The notes beneath the pieces were generated by a model. It saw nothing but the letters and a program-made list of their open reading frames with translations, searched no databases and had not been told where the DNA came from. A stretch of 64,000 nucleotides of DNA. It comes from a virus. The first letter of the stretch is position 1; every line of letters starts with the position of its first letter. The stretch lies in IMG/VR virus record IMGVR_UViG_3300027763_000039, positions 44,317 through 108,316 of that record. One strand, written 5' to 3'. Positions 48,301 to 58,513 of the stretch are shown piece by piece. Position numbers and translations under genes: made by a program.

Positions 48301-51300
48301 ATTACATAAAGGAATACCAACAAAACTAAAATTCCATTTTTTATCAAGATTATCCCATATTTTACTAGCAAAACAAGAATTCTGTAGCTCTGTGGCAAAT
48401 TTTGGATCATAACCGGTGCAAGGAGAAGGTAATCCAGAAAATCTTATAGTCGGAGGATAATTAGGATTTGCTAAACCACCGCTAGTACTAAAAGTTACAG
48501 ACCATGCAGAACCTTCTGTAGCTCGATAATAGGGATCTGCTACATTTATTATTTGTAATGGTTCAGTGGTCGAGGATAAAGAAGAGATAGTATTACTGTC
48601 TAGCTCTATCAGATTTAATTTTGCAATACCGTATAGTTTATCTATAGAAATACCTTTACATCTCAAAGAGATTGATGATGTTGTAGAATCTCCAAGAGAT
48701 ATATTGAGATTACTAACAGATAAATCAACATCCCATTTATCAGTGATAGGAGCACCAGAGTATGCGTATTCCCATAGTTTTAAGTTAGGATCATATCTAT
48801 TGTACGTTCTAGAGAGATTAATAGTGTTTTCTTTTAAATCCCCTGGTATACTTACCGCAGGAAGGGTTGTCTCACTAGTAGGTTCTTTAATGTCTATCAA
48901 AGATAGATAAGGATTATTAGGAGTACTATAAGTAATATTTTGAATATTATCTAGATAAGGAGCTCTAGTAAATAAAAGTCTTACAGTTTCATAATTAACA
49001 GAATAATCGTCTTCTGCATAAATCTTAACAAGATATTCCCCTGTGGTTTTGCGATATTTACCAAAAGAATCTTTTTTAGCAAATGCTACAAAATTCCACT
49101 TTTTCTCTACATCATCATAGGATGAAATAAATAAATATTCCAGGGGTTGATCGCTATAAGATCCTATTGTGGGTAGATTAGATAACTTAACTCTTGGAGG
49201 TTTGTCTGGACGAAAGGCTCCAATACCATTATCTACTTTAAATTGAATACCCCATGGTTCTTCAATATCGAAAGTTAGTGGTTCAATAAGTTGGGTTTTA
49301 TTAATTTGTAAGTTTCGATATAGAGTCAAGTTAATAGTTTTGGTATAGTTATATCTAGTCCAAGTTATTTCACCACCACTTCCATATGTTGGTTGTGAAA
49401 TAGCTATACTTAAGTTTTGAGAACCATAATATCCAGCAGTTCCATTGACTACGGCTTTAACTCTGTATCTTTTAGAACTAGTACTATATTCGATAACTGG
49501 AGTAATCGTATAGTTACTATTTGCCCCAAATGTTACAACTAGATTGGTGTCTCCAGTATTCGTATCAGAAGGAACATAAAAAACAAAAGTCTGTGTATTA
49601 CCAGAACTTATATTTAAGTAGATATCATCATCTAAATTTTGTGGTTCTATAGTGTAGGCTGGTCTTGATGCACTAAGGGGTAGAACACTTATGGTTCCAC
49701 TTTGAGTAGATAGAATTTCAGCACTTACCAAATCTCTAATAGTAATTGTAGGATGGAAAATACCAGTAATAGAACCAGCAGAACCGGCCAATATTTTAAC
49801 ATTTTCACTATTATCTAGTGTCTCATTATATATGTTGTAAGACCCACCAGGATATCCGCTAGCTGTAATAGTAATAGGATTACTGGGAAGGTTTTTGATA
49901 TCATATGGAATAACCCAGTCAGAACTATTTTGATAGGTATATACAGTGACGGGCACTCTTACATTTGGTATTACCTTAGAAGTTAAAAATATTCGTGTTG
50001 ATACTGATCCAGTTTCATCTGTAGCAGTCAGCGTGATCTCTTTGTGATTCACTATCTGGTTAAGATTTTCTATAATAACTACTATTGACCATTTTTTAGT
50101 GGTGGTATTATATGTCATATTAGCAGAGTCGATGGTGTACGTTCCTACTCCGTAAATATTGATTCTAGGGGCGGTCAAAGTAAGATCATTACTCCACTTT
50201 CCGGCTCCATCAGAAATAGTACAACGTAAATAAACTGTGGATATATTTGTGGGCAATATTAATGTATCATCGGTATCAATAGTTGTATAAGTAGAACCAT
50301 CGTTTAATGAGTATTCTATCTGAGAAATTTTAACAACATCCGGAGATAAGGATATTAGTTGGGCTTGATTTACACCATTAAAGGTTACATTATATCCACC
50401 AAAATTATTGATATTTTTATTGAAATGAACAAGATGTTTCCATCTCTTAGATCCATTATTAAATGCGTTAATATAAGAATCTACCAATCCATTAGTTGTA
50501 GATACTTGTGCGGTAGATGTTATGAAGACATTATCTTTGTTAGGGAATCTATTTGACTTGATATTTGAATCACTATCAATAAGATAAACTAGTCCGCTTC
50601 TATTAAAGTAATTGTCATTATATGGCATATTAAGAGTAATAGTAGTTGGATTAATTTTATCTACTATATAGTATGAACCATTAATTTCTGGACAGTCATC
50701 AGAAAAATCGAAGTATAGTTTTTTATTAATACCTAATGGCTTAATATATCCAGAAACTCCATTATTTTCAATAAAATTTGGTCGAGATCCTAACCCGCTT
50801 CTATCTAGCATATCCATGATATGATTAAAATTAGCATTACTGAACGGTGTTATCCTTATACATAAGGTTCCAGACATGCAATTTGTACTATTAACTCCGA
50901 TAGAGTATATTCCAGTGACTGGATTAGGAACTACAATTCCAGAAGGATCCATAGGCCAAGAGGCTGTGGTTCCACCGTATGTATGATAATAGATATTATT
51001 ACTAAAAGGGATATTACAATATCCCGATACTGATCCTATAAAAGCAAGAGTTCCTGTTGTTGGAATATCATCTGTTAAGCTAAGACCTAAAGGGTTTGTG
51101 AAACCATACTTTTTAGGAGAAGATAAATTATCCAAGATAACGCTGTCTTTCCCATTTATAGCCATACCAGAGAAAGCTGTATTTCTGGTATTGGATGATG
51201 TTATACGAACTCTATTACTAACTCCGGAACCAAAACCATAATCACCATTATAATTGAGTATAGTAAGCTGGTCTCCAACATTAAGATAACTTCTAGGCAC

Positions 51301-54300
51301 AGACAGATTGTCTATATAGATTGTATCTCCGTTGTAGAAATAATTGTTAGTTCTTTTTAGTCCATAAGAACTATTTATGCAAGCTATGTCTTTTGTAAAG
51401 ATCTTGGGTCTAATATTAGTTGTAATAGAGTATGTTTTTGTTGCATTCTCTCCATTATTAGGAATAGCAGTATCCAAAATAAGAGAATTATCTGGAGTTA
51501 TCCCTGTGGTGAAAATATTATATAGATCAAAATAGCAATAAATAGGATATTTTTCTGTAGTATATATTATTTGATTACTAGAATTAAGAGAAGGAATTAC
51601 GTGAGTGATAAGTCCAGAAGTGGCTTGAATTTCTAAAACATCTCTAGGATATGTAGAAACATTTATAGTTACTGGAATTTTCATAACCAAAGAATATGGT
51701 CTAGTATGTTCGGTGGATATTTCATAGGGGAATGGACTGCCAGAAGCTTCAGCATCAGTAGAAATAATTAAGTTAGTAGGTAATAATGAACTAGTATTAA
51801 AGAGTGTGTTTATACTAGAAGATGTTCCATTTATCAGTTTAATAGTAGCTTGACTAGGACTAATCGATAAAGTTTCGGTGGCCGATCTCGTTGGACCACC
51901 AATATATGCTGGAGAATAAGTATATATTTGGGGATAACCCGCAATACCACTAACTGTATAAAAATAACAATATCCAGAAAGACTAATAGATCCTGCACTA
52001 CACCCTCTAACTATATAGTTTTTGGTATAATTGACTCCAGTACCCGGAGTAGAAGCAGCAGAGAAATTGTATGATAAAGAAGCAGCTTCTATAGTAGATT
52101 GATCTAAATCTATGGACTCTAAAGTATGACTATTGACTATATGACTAGCTAATGTAGTTCCGTTAACTAAATTATTACTAGAATATAAATTTATGCCTGA
52201 AAATAATTGAGTGTTCCATAAAGATGATCCACAGTATCTTAATATATTGGATCCTGGGGTAGCTGTTATATCCAAAGTAAAACCATCATCTATTCTTTCT
52301 ATTGAAATAGGAAGTTTATAATCTACAACATAATAAGCTGTATTAGAAATTGTATTATTTCTTCTCAAAAACGATGCTATATCATTTTTATCTATATTGA
52401 ATATACAATTAGAATTATGAAATACTGTACCATTAAAACTAAATCCATTAGTTCTATATTCTGCCCTAATAGGTTGTTCAAAATATATAGGAGCATTAAT
52501 TTCATTTAATAAATAGTTTTGGGAGTCTTGGACTATAATTTTATTACCAGTAATACCTACAATATCAAACAAATTATTTTTAGGAAGTCTATTGGTATTA
52601 TTTAATATTGCATTACTAAATTGAATGGGTATCTGATTAATAGTATTGGAATTTAAAATTTTAAATCCATGATTTCTATCTATATTAACTAATACTAACC
52701 CCGTTGACTCTGGAACTGTGTCCGGATATAGATGAGTATTATATACCTGAAAACTGGTATTGCTTAAACCACTAATTTTAGGATAATTATCATCTAGGGG
52801 CATTGATCCACTACTACTAGTAGTAAAGTTAAGAAATGTACTATCTTCATTGTTTTCTAGATATGGAATTTCTGGTAGCGTGAAATTAATTTGGCTATTT
52901 CCTACATTAGTATACAAATAAACAATACCGGTTAAATAATATCCAGGAGTTGTTATATATTCATTGGTTTGGGTAGAAAAACCATATGTGTGATATTGGG
53001 ATACTGTGGTTGGACAACGACCAGAAGTTACTGTAGAAGAAAAAATTTGAAGACCAGATGGATAGTAGTTATCATTGTGTGGTTTAGCTCCACTGTAAGT
53101 AACCATAGCACTTACAATACCACTACCAACAAAGGTATTATTAAGAACAAAACTTCTACCTAAAGTATTGACAGATATCCCTACGGGGATAGTTTGTGTA
53201 CCAGTAAAGGGTAAATTTAAAGTAATAGAATTTGAAGTCAAACTCACAACACGAGACTCAGGATTCCATCCAGAGAGAGAAGAGTATAATTTCATACCAG
53301 AGAACATGGATCCAACAGGAGATGGTGAACAACCACTAATAGTATATCCACTATACTGAGTAAAACCACTTATGCTAATTGGGGCTACAACACCAGAGAT
53401 TGTAGCATAAGGCAAACCGGTATGCGAAGTTGAAATATTTAAGCCAGTAACTAATGCATACGGGTCTCCATAAAGAGTTGTCGTGGAATATGTTCTAGAG
53501 TAAGAACCACATTCGCTAATAACATTGCTTCCACTAACTAAAACTCCATTAAAACTATTAGATGCGGTAGAAAATTCCAAATAAGGAGAATAGCCTCCTA
53601 TAGTAGATAGTATACCAATAGTTGTCCCTATTGGTAAATTTTCTGATACGTTAGTGCTAGACAATAAAATATTAGTTAGAGCAAAAGAATAGTTGGAGGA
53701 ATTGAGATGACTATCGTCCTGAATTGCAGCGCCAGAAACATCTCCAATGGTTATTGTTAATGGTTTTTCTGTTGTTCTTCCAGATCTATCTGTGCTTCTT
53801 ATTCTAATCTTATAAGAAGACTTAGTTTCATAATCAAAAGATTGTGCGGTTATTAGTTTGTCTTCTTGTATATCAAAAGAAGCATTATCATTACTTCCTT
53901 CTCCACAAACCAAAGAATAAGTAAATGGGGAAGATGGTAAATCTATTGGGCTTAGATCTTTATTAAAAACTCTTATTCTGCTTGTTCCATTAGAAGCCTG
54001 ATACTGGGTATATATTCCCTCATATATAGTAAAAGAGCTAGCGGTTCTGTCGTATCTTCCTTTATAGTTTCTTTTTGGTACTAGTGTTAAAGTTCCAGAA
54101 TTGCTTGTAGCCGGAGTAGCTATAACAGGGGTTCCGCTAAAACTTGAGGTCAATCCGGAAGTCAAGATTCCTATTGTTGGAACGCCACAATAGGTAGTAT
54201 CTATAGCTCCTCCAAGATTTTGAACATATTGATATCCATATGTACCTAAGTTAAATTCAAAAGTTTTTATTGTATCAAATATGTATTTGCTGTACTTATC

Positions 54301-57300
54301 TATTTTACAAAATCCGACATTATATATTGAAGATCCTTGATAAATCCCAGTAAAAACAGGAGCAAAAGTAATAGTGTCATTAGTAACAGCAGTAATTATA
54401 CCAGTTTGCATTAAACTTGAAGGATATTTCTCTTGATCTGGGCCAAAAGAAATAAGCATACCAGAAGCAAATGACCCAATAGGACTAGTAAATGGATTTG
54501 TTAAAGTATTTCCACCAGTATAAATATTTCCAGAAATTTTAATAGCATTTAATTCATCTGTTTTTTGTATGCTAACAGGATCTAAAACAAATAGGCTATT
54601 GTTAACCATATAGCCATTCCACGAATGCTCTGATACTGTAAAGCTATGTTGATCTATAATATCGATAGTTTTATATTGTTTAGATAATGGTCTGTGAGAA
54701 TAACCAGATGCCATATTCAAATTAACTAAACAACCAGAGACTAATCCATGATTGTAAGATTTTACAACTATTTCTTTATCGCCAGAATTCTGATAGAACC
54801 AACCGTCTGAGTAGGGTTTATTTAATGTGAGTATAACTTTTCCATCATTAGTTTTTTCATATGCTCCTCCCAAAGTTAAATATTCAGGAGTATATTTGTA
54901 TAATACTTCTGTATTTTGTGGAGCAAGGGTGTTTGTTGGTAGCGGTGTTCGGGATACGTCGAGATTCTGTATAGTATTTGTCCCGTCACTATCTAGTTTG
55001 TAATGATAGTAGTGTCTTCTGTATTGAGAGTCATTATATATTTCTTGTTTATTGGGAGATCTAAGAACTCTAGTAGTGTTTCTTATTTCATTAATATCAT
55101 TGGGATCTCTGTATGTCATGTTTTTAACAATACCACTATTAAAAACAAACAAAGCCGCTCCCGTCCCTGCTGCTTTGTTTAGCAATACTTCTATATTATA
55201 TGCCAGAGTTTTATTTTTAGGAATAGAGACGCTGGGTGTCATTGCTGTCCAATTACCATTGGTTTCAGAGCCTGCTAATCCAAGGGCTATGGTTGAGTAT
55301 TGTCCTTGAGCTATAATATTATTAGAACTTATTTCAGCAAAAGCTCCGAAGCTCAATTGATTACTTGCCCATGTATAACCATAATTTCCAGCAGCTATAG
55401 ATTTATCTTTAAGGGTTTTTGATCCATAATTTAAAGCAATACTATTGTCTCCAGAGATGATATTATTGGATCCAACAGCCAAACTAGAATCTTGATAGAC
55501 CTTATTGTTTGATCCGGCAGCAATGGAGTTATTAGACAAGAATGATCCGCTATTTGAATTACCAACATACAGATTAGCATCATTATCTATTATAATTGCT
55601 GTGGTATCCGCTTTTTGTCTAATAATTGAATTACTAATAGTACGACTAGGATTTGATGTTCGATTATCAAATCTTGGTATATAGTCTGCTGTCCCATCTA
55701 AATTATCAAACTGAACTTTATTATAGCTGAAAAGCCCAGTCATATTGGAGGCATCTGTGTAATAGATGCCGTGATTACCGTCTAATAAATCTGAATTAAA
55801 ATTATATACAAGACCAGTATTACTTCCAACATAAAGAGGAGGCGCTGTTTGTCCGAATGATGGTAATATGGCAATATATTCATTAACTGTTATTCTTTTT
55901 GCAAAAGTCTTAACTCCACTGATTATCTGATCGTTTATTCTACTCACATAAGAACTATCCCCGACGCTACGCAAAAGAACAACACTGGTATCTCCTGTGA
56001 TGTTACCCATTAGAAAAACAGAATTTGCAGTACCACCATCTATGTCATCTCTAAATGCATCAGATGAACTACCTCCATTAATATTACCGGTATCGCTAGT
56101 AATATTAGTAATTAATCTTAGTTCTTGATTAGAAGGGTAGTATGCTAGAATACCTGTTCTAAGTGTAGCTCCACCATAAAGAAAACTAAAACCTCTTGGT
56201 TCACTAGGTAAAATAATTGAAGAATTTGTACCAATTACTGGTAAATTATCTTTAATTAGAACCTCATCTGAATTTAAATTAACGTTACCATTCACAATTA
56301 GAGAACCATTAATAATATCTCCAGTAGTACTTACCGGACGATAACCCAAAGCGTTCACTATATCAAAATAACTATTATCCAATCCGTTGACAACAATACC
56401 TTTGTTATTTACGGTAACTTTAGTAAAAGTGCCTGGAGTAGTTTGTATTGGTAATGAATTTGGATTGAGTGTTCCTGTCTGATTCCCCAAATCAAAAAAA
56501 GCAGAAGAATGTAATCCATCTAATAGGTCAGCATCCAATCCAGAACCAGAGCCATCATTGCCGGGATGCCAAGGTGTGTATCCCAAGATGCTTAGTAAAT
56601 CAGAAGAGCTCAGACTGCTACCTGAAACGACTCTTCCTTTAGCGTCTGTTGTAATCTTACTATAGGTTCCTGGTGTTCCAGTAGTAGACAAAGAAATCGA
56701 AGTATTTTCTACTAAAATATCGTTGGATCTTCCAATATTTAGAACAATGGATCCAGAAGGTATATTTACTGAACCTCCTCCGATTAATCCTGATCCAGCA
56801 ATAATGTCTATTTTTGTTCCGCTTAGTACTATGCTTCCTGTGTTCAAGGGAAAAGTAGATATCTTTGATCCATCGTAATATAGTAATTTATTACTAGTGA
56901 AGACTTGATTATTTGTTCCACCCTTAGCAATAGGAACAATACCACTTATACTACCTAAACTGAGTTCCACTTTACGAACTATAGTGTCATCGACAACAAT
57001 CTGATTAGTTCCATTGATGGCTAATCCATCTCCAATATTTGCTCCTAAAGTAATCGTATTTCCTGTTGTAGTTTTATATAGTCCCGACCCATTAATAACA
57101 CCAGTGATAGCAGCACTGCTATTTATAGTATTAAGCAAAGCGTCTACTGAGTACATGGAGCTAGATATTTTTGATCCATCAAAATAAATAATATTTCCAC
57201 TACTAAAAGTAGTATTATTTGTGCCACCGCTATTAATTGGTAGTATATCAAAAACTACGCCATCTTTTCCTGGCGGACCTTGGGGGCCGGGAGAACCGGT

Positions 57301-57462
57301 ATCTCCTTGAGCTCCTTTCTCAATAGAAATTAAATTTACTCTACTAAGTCTAGTGTCAGAGATTATTACATTAGTAGTAATAACACTCTCTGGATCAGTT
57401 GCCTGTGTAATAACCAAATATTTTAATGGTTGTATCTCTTCTTCTATTCTAACTATACTCAT
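45397..57462 (-). CDS. Giant fibre/adhesin protein, 4021 aa (collagen, fibre repeats, cadherin-like and Ig-like domains)
   Basis: GAQGDTGSPGPQGPPGKDG; LPINSGGT and VPIAKGGT repeats; GTYSKITTDAKGRV; SGLDADLLDG; cadherin motif FDYETKSSYKIRIRSTD; He_PIG-like SGSLPSGLS...GTLRIYGVP. Confidence 0.85.
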   Translation of the reverse strand: MSIVRIEEEIQPLKYLVITQATDPESVITTNVIISDTRLSRVNLISIEKGAQGDTGSPGPQGPPGKDGVVFDILPINSGGTNNTTFSSGNIIYFDGSKISSSMYSVDALLNTINSSAAITGVINGSGLYKTTTGNTITLGANIGDGLAINGTNQIVVDDTIVRKVELSLGSISGIVPIAKGGTNNQVFTSNKLLYYDGSKISTFPLNTGSIVLSGTKIDIIAGSGLIGGGSVNIPSGSIVLNIGRSNDILVENTSISLSTTGTPGTYSKITTDAKGRVVSGSSLSSSDLLSILGYTPWHPGNDGSGSGLDADLLDGLHSSAFFDLGNQTGTLNPNSLPIQTTPGTFTKVTVNNKGIVVNGLDNSYFDIVNALGYRPVSTTGDIINGSLIVNGNVNLNSDEVLIKDNLPVIGTNSSIILPSEPRGFSFLYGGATLRTGILAYYPSNQELRLITNITSDTGNINGGSSSDAFRDDIDGGTANSVFLMGNITGDTSVVLLRSVGDSSYVSRINDQIISGVKTFAKRITVNEYIAILPSFGQTAPPLYVGSNTGLVYNFNSDLLDGNHGIYYTDASNMTGLFSYNKVQFDNLDGTADYIPRFDNRTSNPSRTISNSIIRQKADTTAIIIDNDANLYVGNSNSGSFLSNNSIAAGSNNKVYQDSSLAVGSNNIISGDNSIALNYGSKTLKDKSIAAGNYGYTWASNQLSFGAFAEISSNNIIAQGQYSTIALGLAGSETNGNWTAMTPSVSIPKNKTLAYNIEVLLNKAAGTGAALFVFNSGIVKNMTYRDPNDINEIRNTTRVLRSPNKQEIYNDSQYRRHYYHYKLDSDGTNTIQNLDVSRTPLPTNTLAPQNTEVLYKYTPEYLTLGGAYEKTNDGKVILTLNKPYSDGWFYQNSGDKEIVVKSYNHGLVSGCLVNLNMASGYSHRPLSKQYKTIDIIDQHSFTVSEHSWNGYMVNNSLFVLDPVSIQKTDELNAIKISGNIYTGGNTLTNPFTSPIGSFASGMLISFGPDQEKYPSSLMQTGIITAVTNDTITFAPVFTGIYQGSSIYNVGFCKIDKYSKYIFDTIKTFEFNLGTYGYQYVQNLGGAIDTTYCGVPTIGILTSGLTSSFSGTPVIATPATSNSGTLTLVPKRNYKGRYDRTASSFTIYEGIYTQYQASNGTSRIRVFNKDLSPIDLPSSPFTYSLVCGEGSNDNASFDIQEDKLITAQSFDYETKSSYKIRIRSTDRSGRTTEKPLTITIGDVSGAAIQDDSHLNSSNYSFALTNILLSSTNVSENLPIGTTIGILSTIGGYSPYLEFSTASNSFNGVLVSGSNVISECGSYSRTYSTTTLYGDPYALVTGLNISTSHTGLPYATISGVVAPISISGFTQYSGYTISGCSPSPVGSMFSGMKLYSSLSGWNPESRVVSLTSNSITLNLPFTGTQTIPVGISVNTLGRSFVLNNTFVGSGIVSAMVTYSGAKPHNDNYYPSGLQIFSSTVTSGRCPTTVSQYHTYGFSTQTNEYITTPGYYLTGIVYLYTNVGNSQINFTLPEIPYLENNEDSTFLNFTTSSSGSMPLDDNYPKISGLSNTSFQVYNTHLYPDTVPESTGLVLVNIDRNHGFKILNSNTINQIPIQFSNAILNNTNRLPKNNLFDIVGITGNKIIVQDSQNYLLNEINAPIYFEQPIRAEYRTNGFSFNGTVFHNSNCIFNIDKNDIASFLRRNNTISNTAYYVVDYKLPISIERIDDGFTLDITATPGSNILRYCGSSLWNTQLFSGINLYSSNNLVNGTTLASHIVNSHTLESIDLDQSTIEAASLSYNFSAASTPGTGVNYTKNYIVRGCSAGSISLSGYCYFYTVSGIAGYPQIYTYSPAYIGGPTRSATETLSISPSQATIKLINGTSSSINTLFNTSSLLPTNLIISTDAEASGSPFPYEISTEHTRPYSLVMKIPVTINVSTYPRDVLEIQATSGLITHVIPSLNSSNQIIYTTEKYPIYCYFDLYNIFTTGITPDNSLILDTAIPNNGENATKTYSITTNIRPKIFTKDIACINSSYGLKRTNNYFYNGDTIYIDNLSVPRSYLNVGDQLTILNYNGDYGFGSGVSNRVRITSSNTRNTAFSGMAINGKDSVILDNLSSPKKYGFTNPLGLSLTDDIPTTGTLAFIGSVSGYCNIPFSNNIYYHTYGGTTASWPMDPSGIVVPNPVTGIYSIGVNSTNCMSGTLCIRITPFSNANFNHIMDMLDRSGLGSRPNFIENNGVSGYIKPLGINKKLYFDFSDDCPEINGSYYIVDKINPTTITLNMPYNDNYFNRSGLVYLIDSDSNIKSNRFPNKDNVFITSTAQVSTTNGLVDSYINAFNNGSKRWKHLVHFNKNINNFGGYNVTFNGVNQAQLISLSPDVVKISQIEYSLNDGSTYTTIDTDDTLILPTNISTVYLRCTISDGAGKWSNDLTLTAPRINIYGVGTYTIDSANMTYNTTTKKWSIVVIIENLNQIVNHKEITLTATDETGSVSTRIFLTSKVIPNVRVPVTVYTYQNSSDWVIPYDIKNLPSNPITITASGYPGGSYNIYNETLDNSENVKILAGSAGSITGIFHPTITIRDLVSAEILSTQSGTISVLPLSASRPAYTIEPQNLDDDIYLNISSGNTQTFVFYVPSDTNTGDTNLVVTFGANSNYTITPVIEYSTSSKRYRVKAVVNGTAGYYGSQNLSIAISQPTYGSGGEITWTRYNYTKTINLTLYRNLQINKTQLIEPLTFDIEEPWGIQFKVDNGIGAFRPDKPPRVKLSNLPTIGSYSDQPLEYLFISSYDDVEKKWNFVAFAKKDSFGKYRKTTGEYLVKIYAEDDYSVNYETVRLLFTRAPYLDNIQNITYSTPNNPYLSLIDIKEPTSETTLPAVSIPGDLKENTINLSRTYNRYDPNLKLWEYAYSGAPITDKWDVDLSVSNLNISLGDSTTSSISLRCKGISIDKLYGIAKLNLIELDSNTISSLSSTTEPLQIINVADPYYRATEGSAWSVTFSTSGGLANPNYPPTIRFSGLPSPCTGYDPKFATELQNSCFASKIWDNLDKKWNFSFVGIPLCNISGLKSFSITAIDTDTTQNIYLDSDVAYASILYSTLDSVGAAHPAPEIIEAPLQQAQNPIQLYPKCGDVAIDRYYKFGVKNRSACPIPTGITGWVVSGSLPSGLSYSISFPGGSPSAPWDNLSSGTLRIYGVPQTFASGGLYDEKFKLTVYDARNKSDSKQLTFTDISTANPVSPLNIILYFENEKPTYTPRASSVGGVQQPSGTKSIDGGTINTYWPPSDPVSLTCTSILPHSNCQTSTFSYSGGSNSRVYITNTRININNSDTYFEFDNNPSNSLNKGYKVQSIGGSGYITILGNVLTTGVGRLVKSSQVSYGTSNLQPFNGTVDSNTANGIMGCGSFKPISLGGGTVTSYGLFGRIKPSFVADIPVSGSFNKNDVFFTGLIIKPIDNYISDPSVFTVKTSNCWETGYIRLSGMQIPRPSVELPAPPPSYDIAPFAYNNQPYSILGRCSYGNSAYERDQADNYRVISINYVIKNAVSGITIDAGAISSVSAGTSNGSPIQFNNVLNSGTVFSVFLNNTPDVFPTYKYNAVSYTENEYFWIHKGGNRDDNPVQTSFPPIIMTGIKNSISCLSGVPISGYSVRAIGGYIPYSGGSQKVPFYQLSDNTVWRSYNYAPLFTGILQKKLNDKVLIGTYQHSGFLGGVNGQKINISLPAGFNSRDYVLLTFSGDLSFSTGIALSNTYDNTISLPFERQGLSATGLVIVSDKCFIQSIDNGTVTINHNNLSYSSGDYIDILDSGRISTENNNILPYNYKLSIISGDSTTIIGSFSGPSNYPFMSGLSVSGFYDLRQNYYDQIKINDITYAKEGEWRFGLSGTPVGLYKDYIYKMVSFENTGLPAFSGTSLTPKKYVVEYPLFINKPIQIILPNTSISRNNGSWSLSFEIEGGLRPVYNYTPEILINDNICNFTRKLNVQNMNDNYNSVTDRLSITLSGINSIGYNWTNSNSFSLKVYDDTGFDTKTVTLTSP

Positions 57463-57899
57463 TGGTTACAGGTTCCGCAATCATTCTGTGTGTTAGTGTT
57501 ACAATTAAATACATCGTTATCTGGAACATTTCTAGCCATTAACGAGACACTACCCTGTAAAATACGAAATATCTTTTTCCCTCCGCCGGTATATAAATCA
57601 TTAGGTTCCTGTAATTCAAAATCATATTTAGCTGAACCGAAGGAGTAATTAGCAGTTGCTGAAGCTGGTATTTTAAGTATAACTTTACCTAATAGAGGCT
57701 CCATTGTGAACTCATAATCTGTAGTGCTTGTATTAGTTATAAAAGTTCTTATTGTGGGATCTGCTTGATCCTCTATCCAGCGAATCCGGGCGCACCAATT
57801 AGTGATATTAATAGGAATATCAGCATCATCTCTATATTCAAAAGCTATAACAAATGCTGTGCCTTTTTCTATAGTGAAATTGTAGTCTGCTGCTGGCAT
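57459..57899 (-). CDS. Putative fibre adaptor (BppU-N-like), 146 aa
   Basis: YNFTIEKGTAF...PINITNWCARI...GKVILKIPASATA...AKYDFEL...RILQGSV pattern; translationally coupled to the giant fibre gene. Confidence 0.6.
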   Translation of the reverse strand: MPAADYNFTIEKGTAFVIAFEYRDDADIPINITNWCARIRWIEDQADPTIRTFITNTSTTDYEFTMEPLLGKVILKIPASATANYSFGSAKYDFELQEPNDLYTGGGKKIFRILQGSVSLMARNVPDNDVFNCNTNTQNDCGTCNQ

Positions 57900-57914
57900 A
57901 ATAATCTACTCCCA

Positions 57915-58430
57915 TCATGAATAAAAATATCTTGAACGATAAGTGTTGCCCTGCAAGTATCTTGGGTTAAACTTGTTGCCAACGAATGGGCTAAGTACCG
58001 CAGTAACAGCACTAGCGTCTCGTACATTCCAATTAAGAACTAGATCTTGATATAATGCACACGGACCGGTTTCTAGTAAAAGCTTTAGTCCTTCTAGACT
58101 ACCTTGTACAGTCAAACTCGCTGGCCCAAGAGAAGCCCTAATCCCTTCGGTTGCTGATTTGGTTCTGACTGTACTTTGATCAATAATACAGGCGCTCTTC
58201 AGAGCAACTAAACCAATGAATACATCATCATGATAGTCTAGTGGATCTGGTGTTAGTGTGCCATTGGATACGTCCACAGTATATTGGTTATCTAGAGTAA
58301 CCTCAAATTGAACATATTTTGATGCAACAGTTATGACCTGAATCAATCTTTCGTCGCTGTAAACTGGCTGATCTGTAAGGTCATTAATTAATGTGCGTAC
58401 AATAAGTGGTATTTCAATAGACCAGCTCAT
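57915..58430 (-). CDS. Putative head-tail adaptor protein, 171 aa
   Basis: IVRTLINDL...YSDERL pattern common in phage adaptor proteins; AAGGA RBS. Confidence 0.55.
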   Translation of the reverse strand: MSWSIEIPLIVRTLINDLTDQPVYSDERLIQVITVASKYVQFEVTLDNQYTVDVSNGTLTPDPLDYHDDVFIGLVALKSACIIDQSTVRTKSATEGIRASLGPASLTVQGSLEGLKLLLETGPCALYQDLVLNWNVRDASAVTAVLSPFVGNKFNPRYLQGNTYRSRYFYS

Positions 58431-58465
58431 AATTTGATCCTTTTATATGTATTAGGGCTATTCTT

Positions 58466-58474
58466 TAATACACC
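58466..58474 (-). promoter_or_regulatory. Putative phage promoter GGTGTATTA
   Basis: Intergenic, upstream of the adaptor gene (ATG 58430). Confidence 0.6.
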
Positions 58475-58513
58475 TTATAGTAAAGACTGTGGTTTTTAAA
58501 ATTAATTGGCTAA

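Noticed and set aside
1595-57648. Numerous short plus-strand and alternative-frame ORFs in the track
   Set aside because: They are shadows of long minus-strand genes, with no RBS or recognisable motifs.
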